A stretch of 64,000 nt of DNA from Octopus vulgaris. Taxonomy: Eukaryota. Below the pieces are notes generated by a model. The model was not told the DNA's origin, made no database searches, and worked only from the letters and a program-made list of their open reading frames with translations. A program made the translations under genes and the position numbers. Where the stretch lies: contig OX597817.1 of assembly GCA_951406725.2 (NCBI GenBank), forward strand, positions 69,130,001 through 69,194,000, given 5' to 3'. Of this stretch, positions 13,819 to 28,639 are shown piece after piece. Each line of letters starts with the position of its first letter. Within the stretch, counting starts at the first letter, position 1.

Positions 13819-16800
13819 GTAGTAGTAGTAGTAGTAGGAGGAGGAGGAGGAGGAGGAGGAGAAAAAGAAGAAGAAGAAGAATTTATTATCATTATTATTA
13901 ATTATGAGTAAAGAATAGATAGCATGGTACCATAGGCTACAGGCAGGAAGCTTGCTATGCATGAAAGACCTCAGGATGTACAACAGAAACTAAGATGAAA
14001 AGAATAAGATAATATTCATTACTTCTCCCATTAGCATAAAACTTGGAATTTGGGGGATGGCTAAAGTTGATTATATCAACCCCAGCATTTGACAAGTACT
14101 TTATTTTATGGACAGCAAGATGAGTTAGTCAATTAAATCATCCCTCAGTACTTGACTGGTCCTTTACTTTATTGCCCTTACTCCCCAACCTCTACCAAAC
14201 AATAAAAAGTGAAGGTGACGTTGGCAGTATTTGAACTTGAATCACAAATGTACAAAAACGTTTTCTTTAGCTTTTTAACGAAATCATCATCATTATTATT
14301 AATATTTACTAAGTTAATATTTTTACTTCACTATAATTCTCTGAGAACTCATGGTAACAAAAAGAGAGAGAAAGGGAGAAAGATAAATGAAAAGTTGTCC
14401 TCAATAGGCAGCTCAAAAGTAAGAGTTCATACCCTGCCAGTGGCACAGTTATTTGCATCTGATGTGATACCTACAGCCACTTCTTGTCTTGATCAATTTA
14501 ACAGGAAAGTTAAATGTCAGCTATCTTTATAGGTGTTTAATTTGCTGGAAACTGGTGGGGAAAAGTAATTAACCACTTCAATTGTGAGGTCAAAATCTTG
14601 TCAAAGCTACTTCAGATTTTAATCATGTTGAGTAAAGATGAAGAGATGATAGGTACAGCTAGGCTAAAAAAAAACAACAACAACAAGCAAACAAACAAAT
14701 GACAAAGCACAAACAGATTGACGAAACAAGAACTTCCAAATAAATACATCTTAACATATGCTTAAATGACTAGAAATAAATCATCAGAGAATGGAAAAGA
14801 TTATTATGTTGGGAAATATATGGGAAAACTTGAAAACTTGCTGAATAACAAATGACAAAACTGAGCCTGAAGATTTTAACGAAGTTGTTAGCTCAGAACC
14901 AAAAGTGTGAACAGTTTTAGTTCAATATATTTCACTTGGTTGGTACAGGGTAAGGCTAGAGGTTTGGTTCAATTGAACTGCTTTGAAAATATTTCTGACA
15001 GACAAGGCTAATGTGTTAGTTAATGTTTGTATAGATAAGTACTTCTTGTGTATTCATTATTATGAGGCTTCTTGTGTGTGTGTCTGTGTGTGTCTGTGTG
15101 TGTATATGCATGTATGTGTGTGTGTGTATTTGCAAGTATGTGATGGTCAGTTTGTCAGTCAAAAGATAAACAATTGAGCTACATTTTTCCAAGGGCCATA
15201 AGTAGCCAAGTTTATGGTGTGATAGACAAGTATATGGAATTAAGATACAATGTATGGATTGGAGTTTACTTCACAATTGCATTTCTGGTTTTGCTTTCAC
15301 TGCATAGAACTTTGTGCAAACACAAAGTTTTGGGTTGAACCAGCTTTAATAAGCACAATATGATTGTTAAAATTTGTACAGAAATGAACTGCATCTTGTA
15401 ATTAGTTGTTGTGTTGTAAACCCTGCTCTAATGTAATAAATAAGGAAAACTTAATGACTTAAAGTTGGTAGGGACTCATGTTATAAATAACTGTTCTTTT
15501 GACATCCAGGCATAGTTTTCTTGTGTTATACCTTAACAAATTTCTGAAGGAAGAATTGTGGCTGAAATATCATTAAATTTATCTTTCACCATACCTACAT
15601 CACATTTACACATGCTGTTTAGGTCTGATTTGATGGATAATCATTTCAGTATTGCATAATTAATTAAAAGGGCATATATTTACATTTCTGCATGTGCAGA
15701 TAAACATGATTAATTTTGTAGATTCATTTGTCATAAAGTATTTTATATTATTAGTAGCACAGCTGTAATTCATTCTTAGTTGATATTTAAGGAACATTTT
15801 TCTGAATCAGTGATTAATACGAAAATGATTAATTATTCAAAATGAAACATTTTTAGCAATGTAATAAATTAAAGAAAAGAGACATGTGAACCAAATAATA
15901 TTACTTATTTTCTTACTACTGAATGATGAGAGAAAGTTAGGAGTTAAGAATATAAGCAGCATTTTTGTGCTTATTAAAGAGCACTGCAATGTCCAAGATT
16001 TTGTTATCTATTAGTAAGTGTATTTAATATATGTCGCTTGGTATGCTGGAACGTAGCCAAATCATTGTCTCTTTATAAAACTAAGGCTTTTGTGATAAGT
16101 TTCTTGTTCTAGGATATACATTCTCACAGAATCACATATCTCAGCACTGTCAAACAACCCCATACTGTCATTGAGTGAATCCATGAGCTCTGACCTCTTG
16201 ACTCAGGCAGAATGTTTGTTGAAAAGCAGTGCTTTCATAGCATATATCATTGTCACCTTTGTTGTAGATACATCTCTTAAGAAATTCCAAGGCACTCATG
16301 TTTCAAATTGTACTGGATTTTTCACTCTTCATGGTAATTAAATAAACAGAAATCTTTAAGGAACTCTCCCAGGGACTCATTGTTGATGAAACACTCTATC
16401 ACTGGTTTCTTTGAATTTCAGACTTTATTTACCATTAAATACATACATACGTACACACAATCTATAAATACATGTATGTTTGTACTGATGTATGTGTGTA
16501 TATGTGTGTGCTGTGTAGGTATATATATATGCTAAAATTTATGCATATATATAAATACATATATATACACACACACATGCATACATGCACCCATGCAGAC
16601 AAACACCAAATAATGGAATTTATCAATTTAAACAGAGACTACTCAGATTCTCACCAGGCAGTCATCAGAAGAAATAATTGAGTGAAAAATTCAATTAAAA
16701 TTTACTGAATGACAAAAGCCAAGCGAACAATTTTTAAATTATTTACAACACACAGACATTTTCATACACACATTAAAGATACCACAAATTCAGGCATTTC

Positions 16801-18155
16801 TACGTTTCCTTTAAAATTATTTTCTTATGTGTATATATGCAAATGCATATGCTTGCATGCTGTTCTTCTCTGCAATCTGATGTGCATGTCCTGATAATGA
16901 TTTCCATCTGTAGAGAGCAAAGCAATTTTTTTTTTTTTTTTACCTTGAAAGTCTAAGTGTGCTCCAGTGATTGAATTATAATTCCCCTTCAGGTGTATAT
17001 TACAGGTACAGCTACTTATTCCATCAACCTTAGCAAAAGTTGAAGAGTAAAGATGATTACTGTAGGAAACCATAAAACGAGGATTTCCATACTTACTACC
17101 ATACTGGAAATTATCTGAATATCTGGCTCACTATCAACACCAGAATTTCTACCGCTCTTGGGTATTTCCTATTATCTGCCAAAATTACAACTCAGTATGA
17201 CAAAAATCAGTGGTTAAAAATAACTTAGAATGCATGAAGAGTTACCATATTTTCCATAGTGCCAAATTTTCAAATGGCCTTCGGACTTATTTTTTTCAGT
17301 GATTTCAATAAGATTCTCAATTGGAGTGTTTTTAGTCATTTCTTATACAAATAGCTTTTACTAACAACTTATTTCACCCTTCAGTATATTTGATATGTTA
17401 TACTCATTACTTTTCCTCCGACCATTTGTGTGTATGTGTATGTATGTGTGAGTATCAGTGTTTGTGTGTGTGTGGATGATGGATAGAGAGATAGATAGAC
17501 AGATTTGATTTCCTTTGACAGGGAACAAGGCCAAGATTTTAAAATGAGAAGATAAGTCAACTAATATTATTTTATCAGCTCATATGGATGAAAGGCAAAG
17601 ATAATCCAAGACCAATTTCAACAGAAAATAGCACAACATCAAAAGAGATTCTGTAGAACATGATGTCAATAATGCTATTAACTAAACCGATTTTACTATC
17701 TAACTGTGATGTTATGATCATCATCACCATCATAGTTCTAAAAACCACTTTTCCATGCTTGCATAGGTCAAATGGAATTCAGTGAAGCAATTTTTTTATA
17801 GCCAGATGCCCTTCTTACCATCAAGTCTCACTTGTTTCCAAGCGAAGTAATACATCTGTATGACACAGACATGTTTTCAAGGAGGATTAAAGAATAATGA
17901 CACTGCTTGTATGACAGTGGCAGTCATTTACAAATATCATGAAACATCAAGATAAGGAGGCACACACACACACACAGACGTGCACATAAATGCACATGCA
18001 CATGCTTAGGGCAATGGTGAAAGACACTTGCCCATACTGCCACACAGTAGGACTGAAACTAAAAGCTTGTGATTGAGAAACAAACCTTATAACCACACAG
18101 CTGCATCTACACCTGTTATAAAACATATATGACTGCATGGAAACTAAAAGAAACC

Positions 18156-18190
<35 letters not shown>

Positions 18191-18191
<1 letters not shown>

Positions 18192-18587
18192 TCTTTTATT
18201 CTTTTACTTGTTTCAGTCATTTGACTGCGGCCATGCTGGAGCACAGCCTTTAGTTGAGCAAATCGACCCCAGGACTTATTCTTTGTAAGCCTTATTCTAG
18301 TACTTATTCTATCAGTCACTTTAGCTGAACTGCTAAGTTACAGGGACATAAACACACAAGCATCGGTTGTCAAGCGATGTTGGGGGGGATAAAAACAGAC
18401 ACACAAACATATACACACACATACATATATATATAGACATATATACAACATCTACCAAATCTACTCACAAGGCTTTGGTAGGCCCGAGGCTATAGTAGAA
18501 GACGCTTGCCCAAGGTGCCCCGCAGTGAGACTGAACCCAGAACCATGTAGTTGGTAAGCAAGCTACTTACCACACAGCCACTCCTAC
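18191..18587 (-). mobile_element. SINE family A, near full length
   Basis: Head at 18587 (taggagtggctgtgtggtaagtagc on minus) through the tail gactgaaacaagtaaaagaataaaagaa. Confidence 0.85.
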
Positions 18588-18899
18588 ATATATATATATA
18601 TATATATATATATCGTCAATGTATCATATATCCAAAAAAGAAGCACAATCTAGAATATAGAGCAGTAAAGCAGTTTGTCTTTGGACTAGAGTTTGATGAG
18701 TTGTCCATGAAGCTTCAGCCTTCATGGATGCAAAACCATTGGTCATGCTATGACGAGACATTAATTTTATTACTTTAATATATATATATGTACACACATA
18801 TATATTATTATATATTGTGTGTGTGTTAACGTACTGAGGTTGACTCTAAAAGAGAGCTGCCACAGAACATGGACCACATCATATTTGCTATATCGCCTG

Positions 18900-19310
18900 A
18901 CATATTTTATCAACGTTGTCTCTGATAATTCAAAGTTATTTACAATACCAATTTTTCAAGATCTATGTACTACATTCACATTTATTTCCATCAATTTCTT
19001 CTTCATTTTGTAGAAGATTGTCTTGTATCATATTCTCCACATATATCTACGTATAGTATTGTTTATTCCAAAATTTTTGTTCAAACTTTTGTCATATACT
19101 TTCCTTGTTTACTAACTATATGTATTCTAAACTTTCCATAATTAAGTTAGCTTTTGAAATTTTTATTTATCTTCTCAAATGAAGCAAACAACTTTATGTT
19201 TTGAATCAACTACATTAAATATATATATCTTAACTCCACACTTCTTCAAATTTAATCCGAAATAATAAGTTTCAGAAAACATCTTTTGTCAGACTTATAG
19301 TTACGTATTC
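18900..19310 (-). pseudogene. Possible ancient hAT transposase N-terminal remnant
   Basis: Broken minus frames give FEEVW...FNVVDSKHKVVCFI*...RIHIVSKQGKY, loosely like the F..EW...F.....K.VCLIC...RH...KH motif of SPIN/GTF2IRD2-type hAT proteins. Weak. Confidence 0.25.
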
Positions 19311-19328
19311 AAGTTATGTGTGTGTATT

Positions 19329-19434
<106 letters not shown>

Positions 19435-19592
19435 TGTGTGTGTGCACATGTCAAGTCATAGAAAGAAACAAAACATATTTCTGCAATAGATTGTGCCAAC
19501 CAATATTTCCTATACAGAAACTGTGGGAATCCTGTTGTGTGGCATGTACGTGTATGTGTGTGTGCATGCATTCACACACACACACACACACA

Positions 19593-20468
19593 CAGGGTGT
19601 GATGGATAAATTGTCGTCATTTCATATTTTTAATTTCAGGCATTTTTAATTTCACGCATTTCATTTAATCAACTACACAGCATAGCAGGGTCAGTTGGGC
19701 ACCATCTGTGAGAAAAGCAGCACCATGATGCAATTCACTCTGCCAGAAAATTGGAAATGACATGCTGTACTGCTTGGCATTCATGCCAGAAGCTCCATTA
19801 TGAATATTTCAGAGGGTTTGGGTGTCAATCTGAGGACACGTACCAAGAGTGAAAAAATCAAACATCCAGTCAACATCATGGTGTTTGGAGTGATCACTAC
19901 TGATGGTAACATTATGCTGCCATTCATCTTACCACTCAGCCTCAGACTCAACACAGAAGCCTACATCAGGTGCCTTGAGGAGGTAGTGCTGCCCTGGGTC
20001 AAGCGGGCAGCTGCTAGAAGACCCTATGTCTGATAACAAGACTCTGCACCATACCACACAAGCAGGAGAACCCAACCATGGCTGTCAGACAAATTCTGAA
20101 ACCACATCACCCCTAACATCTGGTCACCTAACTCCCAGGCTGAAACCCCATTGATTTGATTATTATGTGTGAAGCACAGTTGAGTGAGAGACCAACAAAA
20201 CTCCTTGTAACACCAAGGATGAACCGAAGGCAAGATTGTGGCAGCGTTCACCAACTTAAACAAGGAGACCATCCAGAAAAGTTGCAGGAGGTTCCAAAGT
20301 TGTCTGGAGGCCATGATTGAAGCCAATGGCAATTTCATTGAATAAATTTACTCTTTAGTATTTCAAAATATTTTTATGTAACTTTGGTAAATACATCTGT
20401 TAAAATGAGATGTCAGTGTTATTTTCATTTTTGTGTAATTTAGATGACAGTTTATTTGCTGCACCCTG
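19593..20468 (+). mobile_element. maT (DD37D, Tc1/mariner superfamily) internally deleted element
   Basis: TIRs cagggtgtgatggataaattgtc / gacagtttatttgctgcaccctg followed by TA. Translation KHPVNIMVFGVITTDG...QDSAPYHTSRRTQPWL...WSPNS; with copy 2 (SPDCNPFDY) the D2-D3 spacing counts to 37. Confidence 0.85.
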
Positions 20469-20513
20469 TATATATATATAGATATATAGATATATGTACA
20501 TACATATATGTGT

Positions 20514-20558
<45 letters not shown>

Positions 20559-20674
20559 TGTGTGTGTGTGTGTGTGCATATATATAAATGTATGAATACA
20601 TACATACACACATATATATGTATGAATACATCTATATGTTTATATGTGTATATATGTATGTGTATATAAATGTG

Positions 20675-20995
20675 TGGAGGTGCAATGGCCCAGTGGTTAG
20701 GGCAGTGGACTTGCGGTCATAGGATCGTGGTTTCGATTCCCAGACAGGGTATTGTGAGTGTTTATTGAGTGAAAACACTTAGAGCTCCATGAGGCTCTGG
20801 CAGGAGGTGGTGGCAAACCCTGCTGTATTCTTTTTCCACAACTTTCTATTACTCTTTCTTCCTGTTTCTGTTGTACCTGTATTTCCAAGGGCCAGCCTTG
20901 TCACACTCTGTGTCATGCTGAATCTCCCCAGGAACTATGCTAAGTGTACACGTGTCTGTGGAGTGCTCAGCCACTTGCACATTAATTTCACGAGC
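20675..20995 (+). mobile_element. tRNA-derived SINE (family C)
   Basis: ggaggtgcaaTGGCCCAGTGGttagggcagtggacttgcggtcataggatcgtgGTTTCGATTCCcagac: A and B boxes followed by a non-tRNA body. Confidence 0.8.
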
Positions 20996-21425
20996 TTTGT
21001 GGTAAAAAGCTTGATTCTAAACCTCATGTTTTCAGGTTCAGTCTCACTGCATGACATCTTGAGCAAGTGTCTTCTACTATAGCCTCAGGCTGACCATCGC
21101 CTCCTGAATGGATTTGGTAGATGGAAACGGAAAGAAGCCCGTCATACATATATATGTATGTATATATACATATATATGTATATGTATGTATGTATCTGTG
21201 TATGTGTGTGTCTTTGTGTCTGTGTTTGTCACACACCACACCACTTGACAACTGCTGTTGGTGTGTTTGCATCCCCATAACTTAGCAGTTTGACCAAAGT
21301 AACTGATATAGTAAGTACCAGGCTTAAAAAATAACTGCTGGGGTTGATTCATTCAACTAAAAATTCAAGGTGATGCCCCAGCATAGCCACAGTCTAATGA
21401 CTGAAACAAATAAAAGATAAAAGAT
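20996..21425 (+). mobile_element. SINE family A
   Basis: Head, central TA/TG tract and tail ...gactgaaacaaataaaagataaaaga. Confidence 0.8.
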
Positions 21426-21757
21426 ATATAATGAAGTAATTTATCTTGGATCAGAAGTCAGATAAATGTAAAGCTTTTACCTGACGAATAATTTGACAAA
21501 TTATATGTATAGACAAAAAGCTCTTTGATTATAAAATTTTGCATTTATTGTTTCCATATACTCTCACATTTTGTGCTTTGTTAGAAGTCAGGTTAGTGTT
21601 CTTTCAGCAAGTAATCTATATATATATATATATATATGTCTTCTCTCACAGGAAGTGTTTATATCTTGATCTTTTTTCTTGTTTCGTTTAACTCCCTCCT
21701 CCATACACACACTCACATATATATGTGTAAATATATATTATCAGAAGTAGGTGAAAC

Positions 21758-21808
<51 letters not shown>

Positions 21809-21811
21809 ATA

Positions 21812-22150
21812 TCATCATCATCATCATCGTCATCCATAGCATGGATCGACCGGGTTCTAGCTGCACCAGGCTCCAGTCTATTTATGTTTCTAGCTGGATA
21901 TAGTGGGTGCTTTTTACGTGCCACCTGCACAGGTATATATGCCACCGGCACGGAAGCCACAGGCGGTGCTGGCATAGTCGGATAGTGCTTTACGTAGGGA
22001 TCCTGGCTGGTTATTTCGATTTCGCTTGCCCCAACATGTCTTCACAAGCAAGGGGTTATACGGTCGCATTGGAGGATTTCGCTTGCCCCAACATGTCTTC
22101 ACAAGCAAAGGGGGTTGGCATGGGTGCCTGTCGTACGGTCGCATTGGAGT
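21812..22150 (-). mobile_element. RTE 3' UTR fragment with a short internal direct repeat
   Basis: (CAT)n tail on plus and gggtgctttttacgtgccacc motif; gatttcgcttgccccaacatgtcttcacaagcaa appears twice (about 22018 and 22075). Confidence 0.6.
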
Positions 22151-22379
22151 ATTTTACGTGAATTAATCTCCCTCTAATTAATGCTTCGGATTTTACCGAA
22201 ATAAGCATAGTGTTTGATGATTTTAACCCACGCTGGTGGAAAGGGGAGAACAGAAATTCTTCGCTTGCTTATTTGAGTTTGTTGGCACTGTTAGTTACGA
22301 GCAGATCTTCGAAAGCGATGAGAAGCCGAAAGGGTATGTTCTTACTTTCAGTGTTTCCAAATCCAAACCAAGGAGTTTC

Positions 22380-22431
22380 TGAGCTGATGATAGAAGTGTT
22401 GTTTTGACTAATCTTGAAACGTACGTTCTCA
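22380..22431 (+). ncRNA. Type I minimal hammerhead ribozyme motif (stem III loop GTAC)
   Basis: tgag CTGATGA tagaagtgttgttttgactaatctt GAAAC GTAC GTT ctca. Stem I tgag/ctca, intact core, weak stem II, GUU cleavage triplet. Confidence 0.75.
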
Positions 22432-22612
22432 AATAACCTTAGCATTTGATTTTTTGATGTCCTTACCCCCAAACTTTTGTGAGTTGAATTAAGCAAACAC
22501 TATATATGAGAGAGATTTTTTTAAGTATTAGAAATAGCTTTAAAAAGTTTTTTAGCTGCTATTTCTAATGAGTTCAGTATGCGGCAAAGTAATTTATTTT
22601 ACTAAGCCCTTT

Positions 22613-22734
<122 letters not shown>

Positions 22735-23690
22735 ATATACATATATGTGTTTGTGTATATATATGTATATATGTATATATATATACCCACACACCCACAG
22801 ACACACAGGCAAGAGGTTTTGAGTAAATAATTAAAAGGGAAATGGGTGTACACATGTGAATGTTTACATATATGTATGTATATAAGGTTGAGAAGATATA
22901 TACATGCACATAAATACACACACATACATACATATCATATCTTATATATATATATATATATATACACACAATCAATTTAGAAAATCTAGGTTAGATTATA
23001 GATCATGTTGTGCTAAGTATAAGAGGCATTTTGGATAATTGAATAGAAGAGCTTAGTATTTTGGAGAATCAAGGAAGGTAGTATGGTTCCCAAAAACAAT
23101 ATAAACTACTAATAATGAAAAATAAAAAATAACGATTAGTATAACTGCAATAGAAAGAACTATAATTAAGTACAGCTGAAGTCTCCAAGTATGTGATAAA
23201 TGTGTTTAACATACATATTCTCGGTACATTTCTCTGTGAATGTGAATAACTGGTTATTTTTGTGTTTATTACACACCTGTGTATATATAGATATGATTAT
23301 TTAACTCTGGATATTCTTCTGGGAGTGGTTTCTATCCTTCAGATTCCATATGCCATTTCTTCTGTATTTTTATCTTTTTGATGGAGATCTTTTCCCATGT
23401 ATTCAAATGCTTTCACAAATACACATGCTCTTCGTTTTAAAAGCTTCAATGAAGTTATAAGATAATACACAAATACTCCTCTCTGAGTGTACTGCTTTTT
23501 GTAGCAGAAACAACTGTAAGCTAATGAAGTTAATTACATACTTTCTGTTCTCTTGTCAATCCATTAATTTCATAACAAACTCAGCAGTCAACTAACACTT
23601 TATTTTGAAGCATATATACACTGATTTCTAATAGTAATAGCAGATTATTAGTACTGTTACACCTAAGCTATCACACACACACACACACAC

Positions 23691-23759
<69 letters not shown>

Positions 23760-23820
23760 ACTTCACTCTCTATTTCATATCTTCTCTAGAATAACTATTG
23801 CTTAACCTTTTTCTCACACT

Positions 23821-23868
23821 GTCTCTGATGAAGGGATATATAGAATGTCCTGGAAACAGCTGTAAGAC
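23821..23868 (+). ncRNA. Type I minimal hammerhead ribozyme motif (stem III loop AGCT)
   Basis: gtct CTGATGA agggatatatagaatgtcctg GAAAC AGCT GTA agac. Stem I gtct/agac, stem II gggatat/atgtcct, GUA triplet with predicted cut after 23864. Confidence 0.85.
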
Positions 23869-24040
23869 CTTTATATATATATATATATATATATATGCAA
23901 CAGGATTCCTTTAGTCTCCATCAATTAAATACACTCACAAGGATTTGGTTAGCCCAAAGCTATAGTAGAAGGTACTTGTCCAAGGTGGCAGGGATCTGAA
24001 TCCAGAACCATGTGGTTGGAAAAAATAAATTTCTTACCAC

Positions 24041-24110
<70 letters not shown>

Positions 24111-26064
24111 GTTTGTGTCTATTGGTGTGTGTAGCTGTATGTCAGTCCTTTTCTGTTGAATTTGTGTGCATGTGAGATAAATAGGCAGTAAATGTAGTTT
24201 ATGCTTATGAAGGTAAAGGTAAAACACCATAAGAGTAGAATTCCAAACTAGCGATAACAACTAATTGAAGAACTTGTCAATAACTCAATCTGGCACCAAC
24301 TATCCTTTGCTGCAAAATAAGTCATGTGTCAGATATATATAAAAATAAAGAAAAGAAAAAGTAAAAAGACATTTCAAATCTTACAATACACCTAAGAAAA
24401 TGACAAGCACATACTGAGATTTAAATCTATTGTCTGTATCCAGTGACAATGTAACAAAGTGTAAATGATAGGGGAATAGAATAACAGCCAAGAATTAAAT
24501 GCTTCATTAACCTTAATCTAACCCACGTTAACAATTAGCCAACTCATAAATTTGATTGCAATTTTGGTAATTACTGCACCTCTGTTAGTACTTTAGGGCA
24601 ATTAGAGACACTGATTTATGCAGTTTCCTGAGACCATGCAATTAACTTCAAAGATGCAATTATTCCTGGCTGAGTAGATTCTATTAGAGGTTAAATTATG
24701 ATTTATTTTCAGTTTTTCTGCAGATTAATAGTTCAAAATATAATCTAGAGTGATAAGAAGTACATCAACAACAATAACAACAACAAAAGAATGTAAAGAA
24801 AAGAAATTGTCATTTCTAAAATAGAATAACATGTTATTGATTCTGTGTTCTATATCAAAACCAAATGGAATTATCGGTTACAGTCTCTTAAAGATAAAGA
24901 AATATTCAAAAGACATAGACATAAGAATTTATTTTGATTTTGTTTGAGTTAAGAGAGGCACTAAAGTACTAGAGTTCTCTAGAAATTTCCAGAACCTATA
25001 TGCCTTCAAGCAGTTTTATCTGTAGCATGAATCAAGCAGCTAAGCTAATTGCTAATTATCCAATTACATTCATTTTCAGCTTTTTTCTTTTTTTTTTTTT
25101 GATTCCTGCTTTGTTCTTGCTGATTCTTGTAGATGTCAAGTAGCATCATTTAGTTGTTCTCAATCAGACTTAGAGGATAGAGGTAGCTACATTTAGTATG
25201 GCTTAGCTACAAGCAGCACATCAAGTCATGCTGAGCAAGCAGCAGAATAGAAGAAACTAATACTGGTGCATCTTTCATTTTTTACTTGTTTCAGTCATTG
25301 GACTGTGGCCATGCTGGGGTACAGCCTTGAAGAGTTTAGTCCAGTGGTTCTCAACCAGGGTCTATATGACCCTTAGAGGTCCATATAAGGTTTTGTTGTC
25401 GTGGCTGTGTGATAAGAAGCTTGCTTCCCAACCACATGGTTCTGGGTTCAGTCCCACTACATGGCAACCTGGGCAAGTGTCTTCTATTAATAACCTCAGG
25501 CCAACCAAAGCCATGTGAGTGGATTTGGTAGACAGAAACTGAAAGAAGCCTGTTGTATGTGTGTATATATATATATGTTCTACCTAAGATGTTTGACTTT
25601 TCCCTTTTCTAATATATTTCCAACTTCTGAGTTGTCTATGTGATGTAGAGGTTGGTTATGCTATACATAGAGTTTTATTCTAAACTACATTCTGTAATTT
25701 GCCAGCAAGGAAGCCAAAATACTGATACAGAAATAAGATGAGGAATGGTACAAAATACTTCCAGACCCAAAGGAAGAACTGGCAAAGCATCACACACACA
25801 TGCACAGATACACATATGTATGCACATGCATACACACACACGTTTATTTCCTTTGCTGATGTATATGAAAGCAGGATACAATAATCACTGTTGCTAAACC
25901 AAAGCTGTCCAAGCCAAGGTCTTTACAAGAACAAACTTTGCATGTGAGTCACAATTAATGCTGAAAATAATTTTAATTTTGGGAGGGTACAGAAAAAAAA
26001 AACAAATTAGCTTTTCCATTGGTTGGTTGTTGATAATGTTACTGTTGCAGTAGTAGTGGTGGTG

Positions 26065-26079
26065 GTTGTGGTGGTGGTG

Positions 26080-26149
<70 letters not shown>
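26065..26149. repeat. (GGT)n-(TAG)n compound trinucleotide microsatellite
   Basis: Directly visible; source of the poly-Y/poly-H ORF. Confidence 0.95.
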
Positions 26150-26862
26150 CTGTGGTTGTTGTTGTTGGTGGTGGTGGTGGTGGTGGTTAACCCCAAGTCA
26201 GATCTGACTGAGTAGACCTATGACTAGAGACATTCCAGCCATGATTACTTCATCATATTGTATAAGAGAGACTTCATTGTTCAAAGTATCATCCATTATT
26301 TATGACAATAGTGTGTGATTTGGATGAATAGGTGGTGGGAAATTCGTCTGCTATTTCCTATAGGTTTACTGACAACATTGGTTCCATTTACTGGTATAAT
26401 GAATCGATGTTTGGGACATAATTTAACAAAAAGTTTGTTTTTTTTCTATAAAAGAAAAACATAATGGCAAAGCTTTGATTGAAAATATGAACTCTTTAAA
26501 ATATGAAGTTTTATATGATAGAACTACAAACAATCTCAGGTGGGTCGCTAACAAATTGGTTAATTAATTTTTGGTGTTTATCTATGCTACGTACTTTTCT
26601 GTATAGAAGAAGTCTTATATTCTTCATTATTCATTCTGTAGTCTCTTGATTTCCCATTTGTCTCTTTACATCTTCCTGATTCTCTAAGCCAAAGTCCATT
26701 TTCCTCTCTTACCTTTATTTTTACCTTTCTTTTAATTATCTTTCAACATTTTTTAATAAAGTATTTTCCCCAAGCCACCCCCCACATTTTTTTTACAGGG
26801 TCTTGAGGAAGAATCATGTTCATAGCTTTTGCAGGCCCCACAACACCAGTGACACTGATACC

Positions 26863-27080
26863 CATCATCATCATCATCATCATCATCATTTATGTTTGTT
26901 TTCCATACTGGCATGGATTGGACAGTTTGATCAGAGCTGGGAATATTGGGAGCCACACCAGGTTCCCTAGTCAGTTTTGGCTTGGTTTCTACCACTGGAT
27001 GCCCTTCTTAATTCCCAACCACTTTACAGAGTGTACTGGGTGCTTTTTACATGGCACTATCACTAGTGCTTTTTATGTCC
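26863..27080 (-). mobile_element. RTE-type 3' tail fragment
   Basis: (CAT)n followed by ttccatactggcatggattggacagtt...ggatgcccttct; homologous to 10600-10757 and 51399-51540. Confidence 0.65.
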
Positions 27081-28639
27081 TGCTTAAATTGCTGCAATCT
27101 GACACTTGCTATAAAGAAGAGAGAGACAGACTGACAGACAGATGTGTTCCAAAAGAGTAGGCTCCAGAGAAAAGAATTCCAGAGGAACCAATATTCTGGG
27201 AGGTAAGAACTTGAGTGGTTAAGAGGCTTCCATTACAATCACTTGGTTCTGAATTCTAGCAACTTAACACTTTGAACAAGTATCTCCTACTATAGTTTCA
27301 AGTAGATCAATGTTTTATAAGCAATTCTGCATAAACAGAAACTCTGCAGAAGAAGTTTGAAAGATAGACTGTAACTTTTCTTTGGATAGACAGACATCAT
27401 ACCACAACCACAACCATCTAATGCTTATGTGTTGTTAATGGAAACCATTGTGTTCTAAGAATTTGAAGTTAGGTCTCCAATTTCTTCCTCTTTATGAGTA
27501 ACTAATCTCAGAGGATCTGCATGATTAATGATGACGACTTCCCTTCTTTCACTTGACTAAAGCATAAAAAAAAAATTGTAAATCAACCTTGCTCATGCTG
27601 ACTCTTTTTTCTTTCATACCACTGTTTTTCCCTTTCTGGTGCTCACCACTTCTTTTCTCACTCATTTTCCTCTACCTTAAAACTGAGAGAAAAAGCCATT
27701 TGTTTCTCAACCCTTCAGTCCTGTCTTTCTTTACAATCTCTCTCTCTCTCTCTCTCTCTCACCCTCGCACAAATACATTCCCCATGTCTTGAATTATTCC
27801 AAATCTTATGTCTCACAATTCCTTGTTTTCTTTCCTCTGTCTTTTACTTTCACATTTTATTGTTTGTTTTTTATTTTTATTTTTCCTATTCATTTCTCTG
27901 AATTTACTTTCCTTCAGGGAACTTGATCTGCTGATCATATGCATTTAGCCTTACTATGAGGCTTATAAACAAGAAATAAATCACTTAAAACAATATATTC
28001 CTGTAAAACTAATATAAATATTGGGCCTGAAGCCTCTCTCAAACAAAATGTAGAAATTAAAATGAATTCCAGTTTCTACCTTACAGCAAGGATCTCTCAC
28101 AGAAAATTTACAAAATTTTGCAAAATACATAGCACAGAACTGTATCCAAAACTAATACTACTCTTCAAAAATTCATAGCCAAAATTCTAACACACAAGAG
28201 CAGTAACAACATAAAAACTATCTATAACATTTTCCTAATGTCTGTAACAGTATATATATATATATGTATGCATGCATGCATGCATGCATGTATGTATGTA
28301 TGTATGTATGTATGTATGTATGTATGTATGTATGTATGTATGTATGTATGTATGTATGTATGTATGTATGTATGTATGTATGTATGTATGTATGTATGCG
28401 TTCAAATGAATGGGTAAAAAATAAGGAGTATGCATAGTATTACATTAAATAATAAGATCCAAAATTTGAACAGAAATGCAAGAAAGGAACACAGAGAAAA
28501 TTCATACACAAGAGGATACATTGCTAATTCTTCATCAGTTATCATCCAAAAGATCCTTACAATATCATGCCATTAAGCATCAAGAGGAATATCAAGGAAA
28601 TTGGAATAGAGTGCCAAGTAGAACTGTTATAAACGGTTT

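Noticed and set aside
16944-17210. Candidate exons on either strand (minus ORF ending CAAG/GTAAAA; plus frame ETIKRGFPYLLPYWK...)
   Set aside because: No recognisable motif, weak acceptors and conflicting strands.
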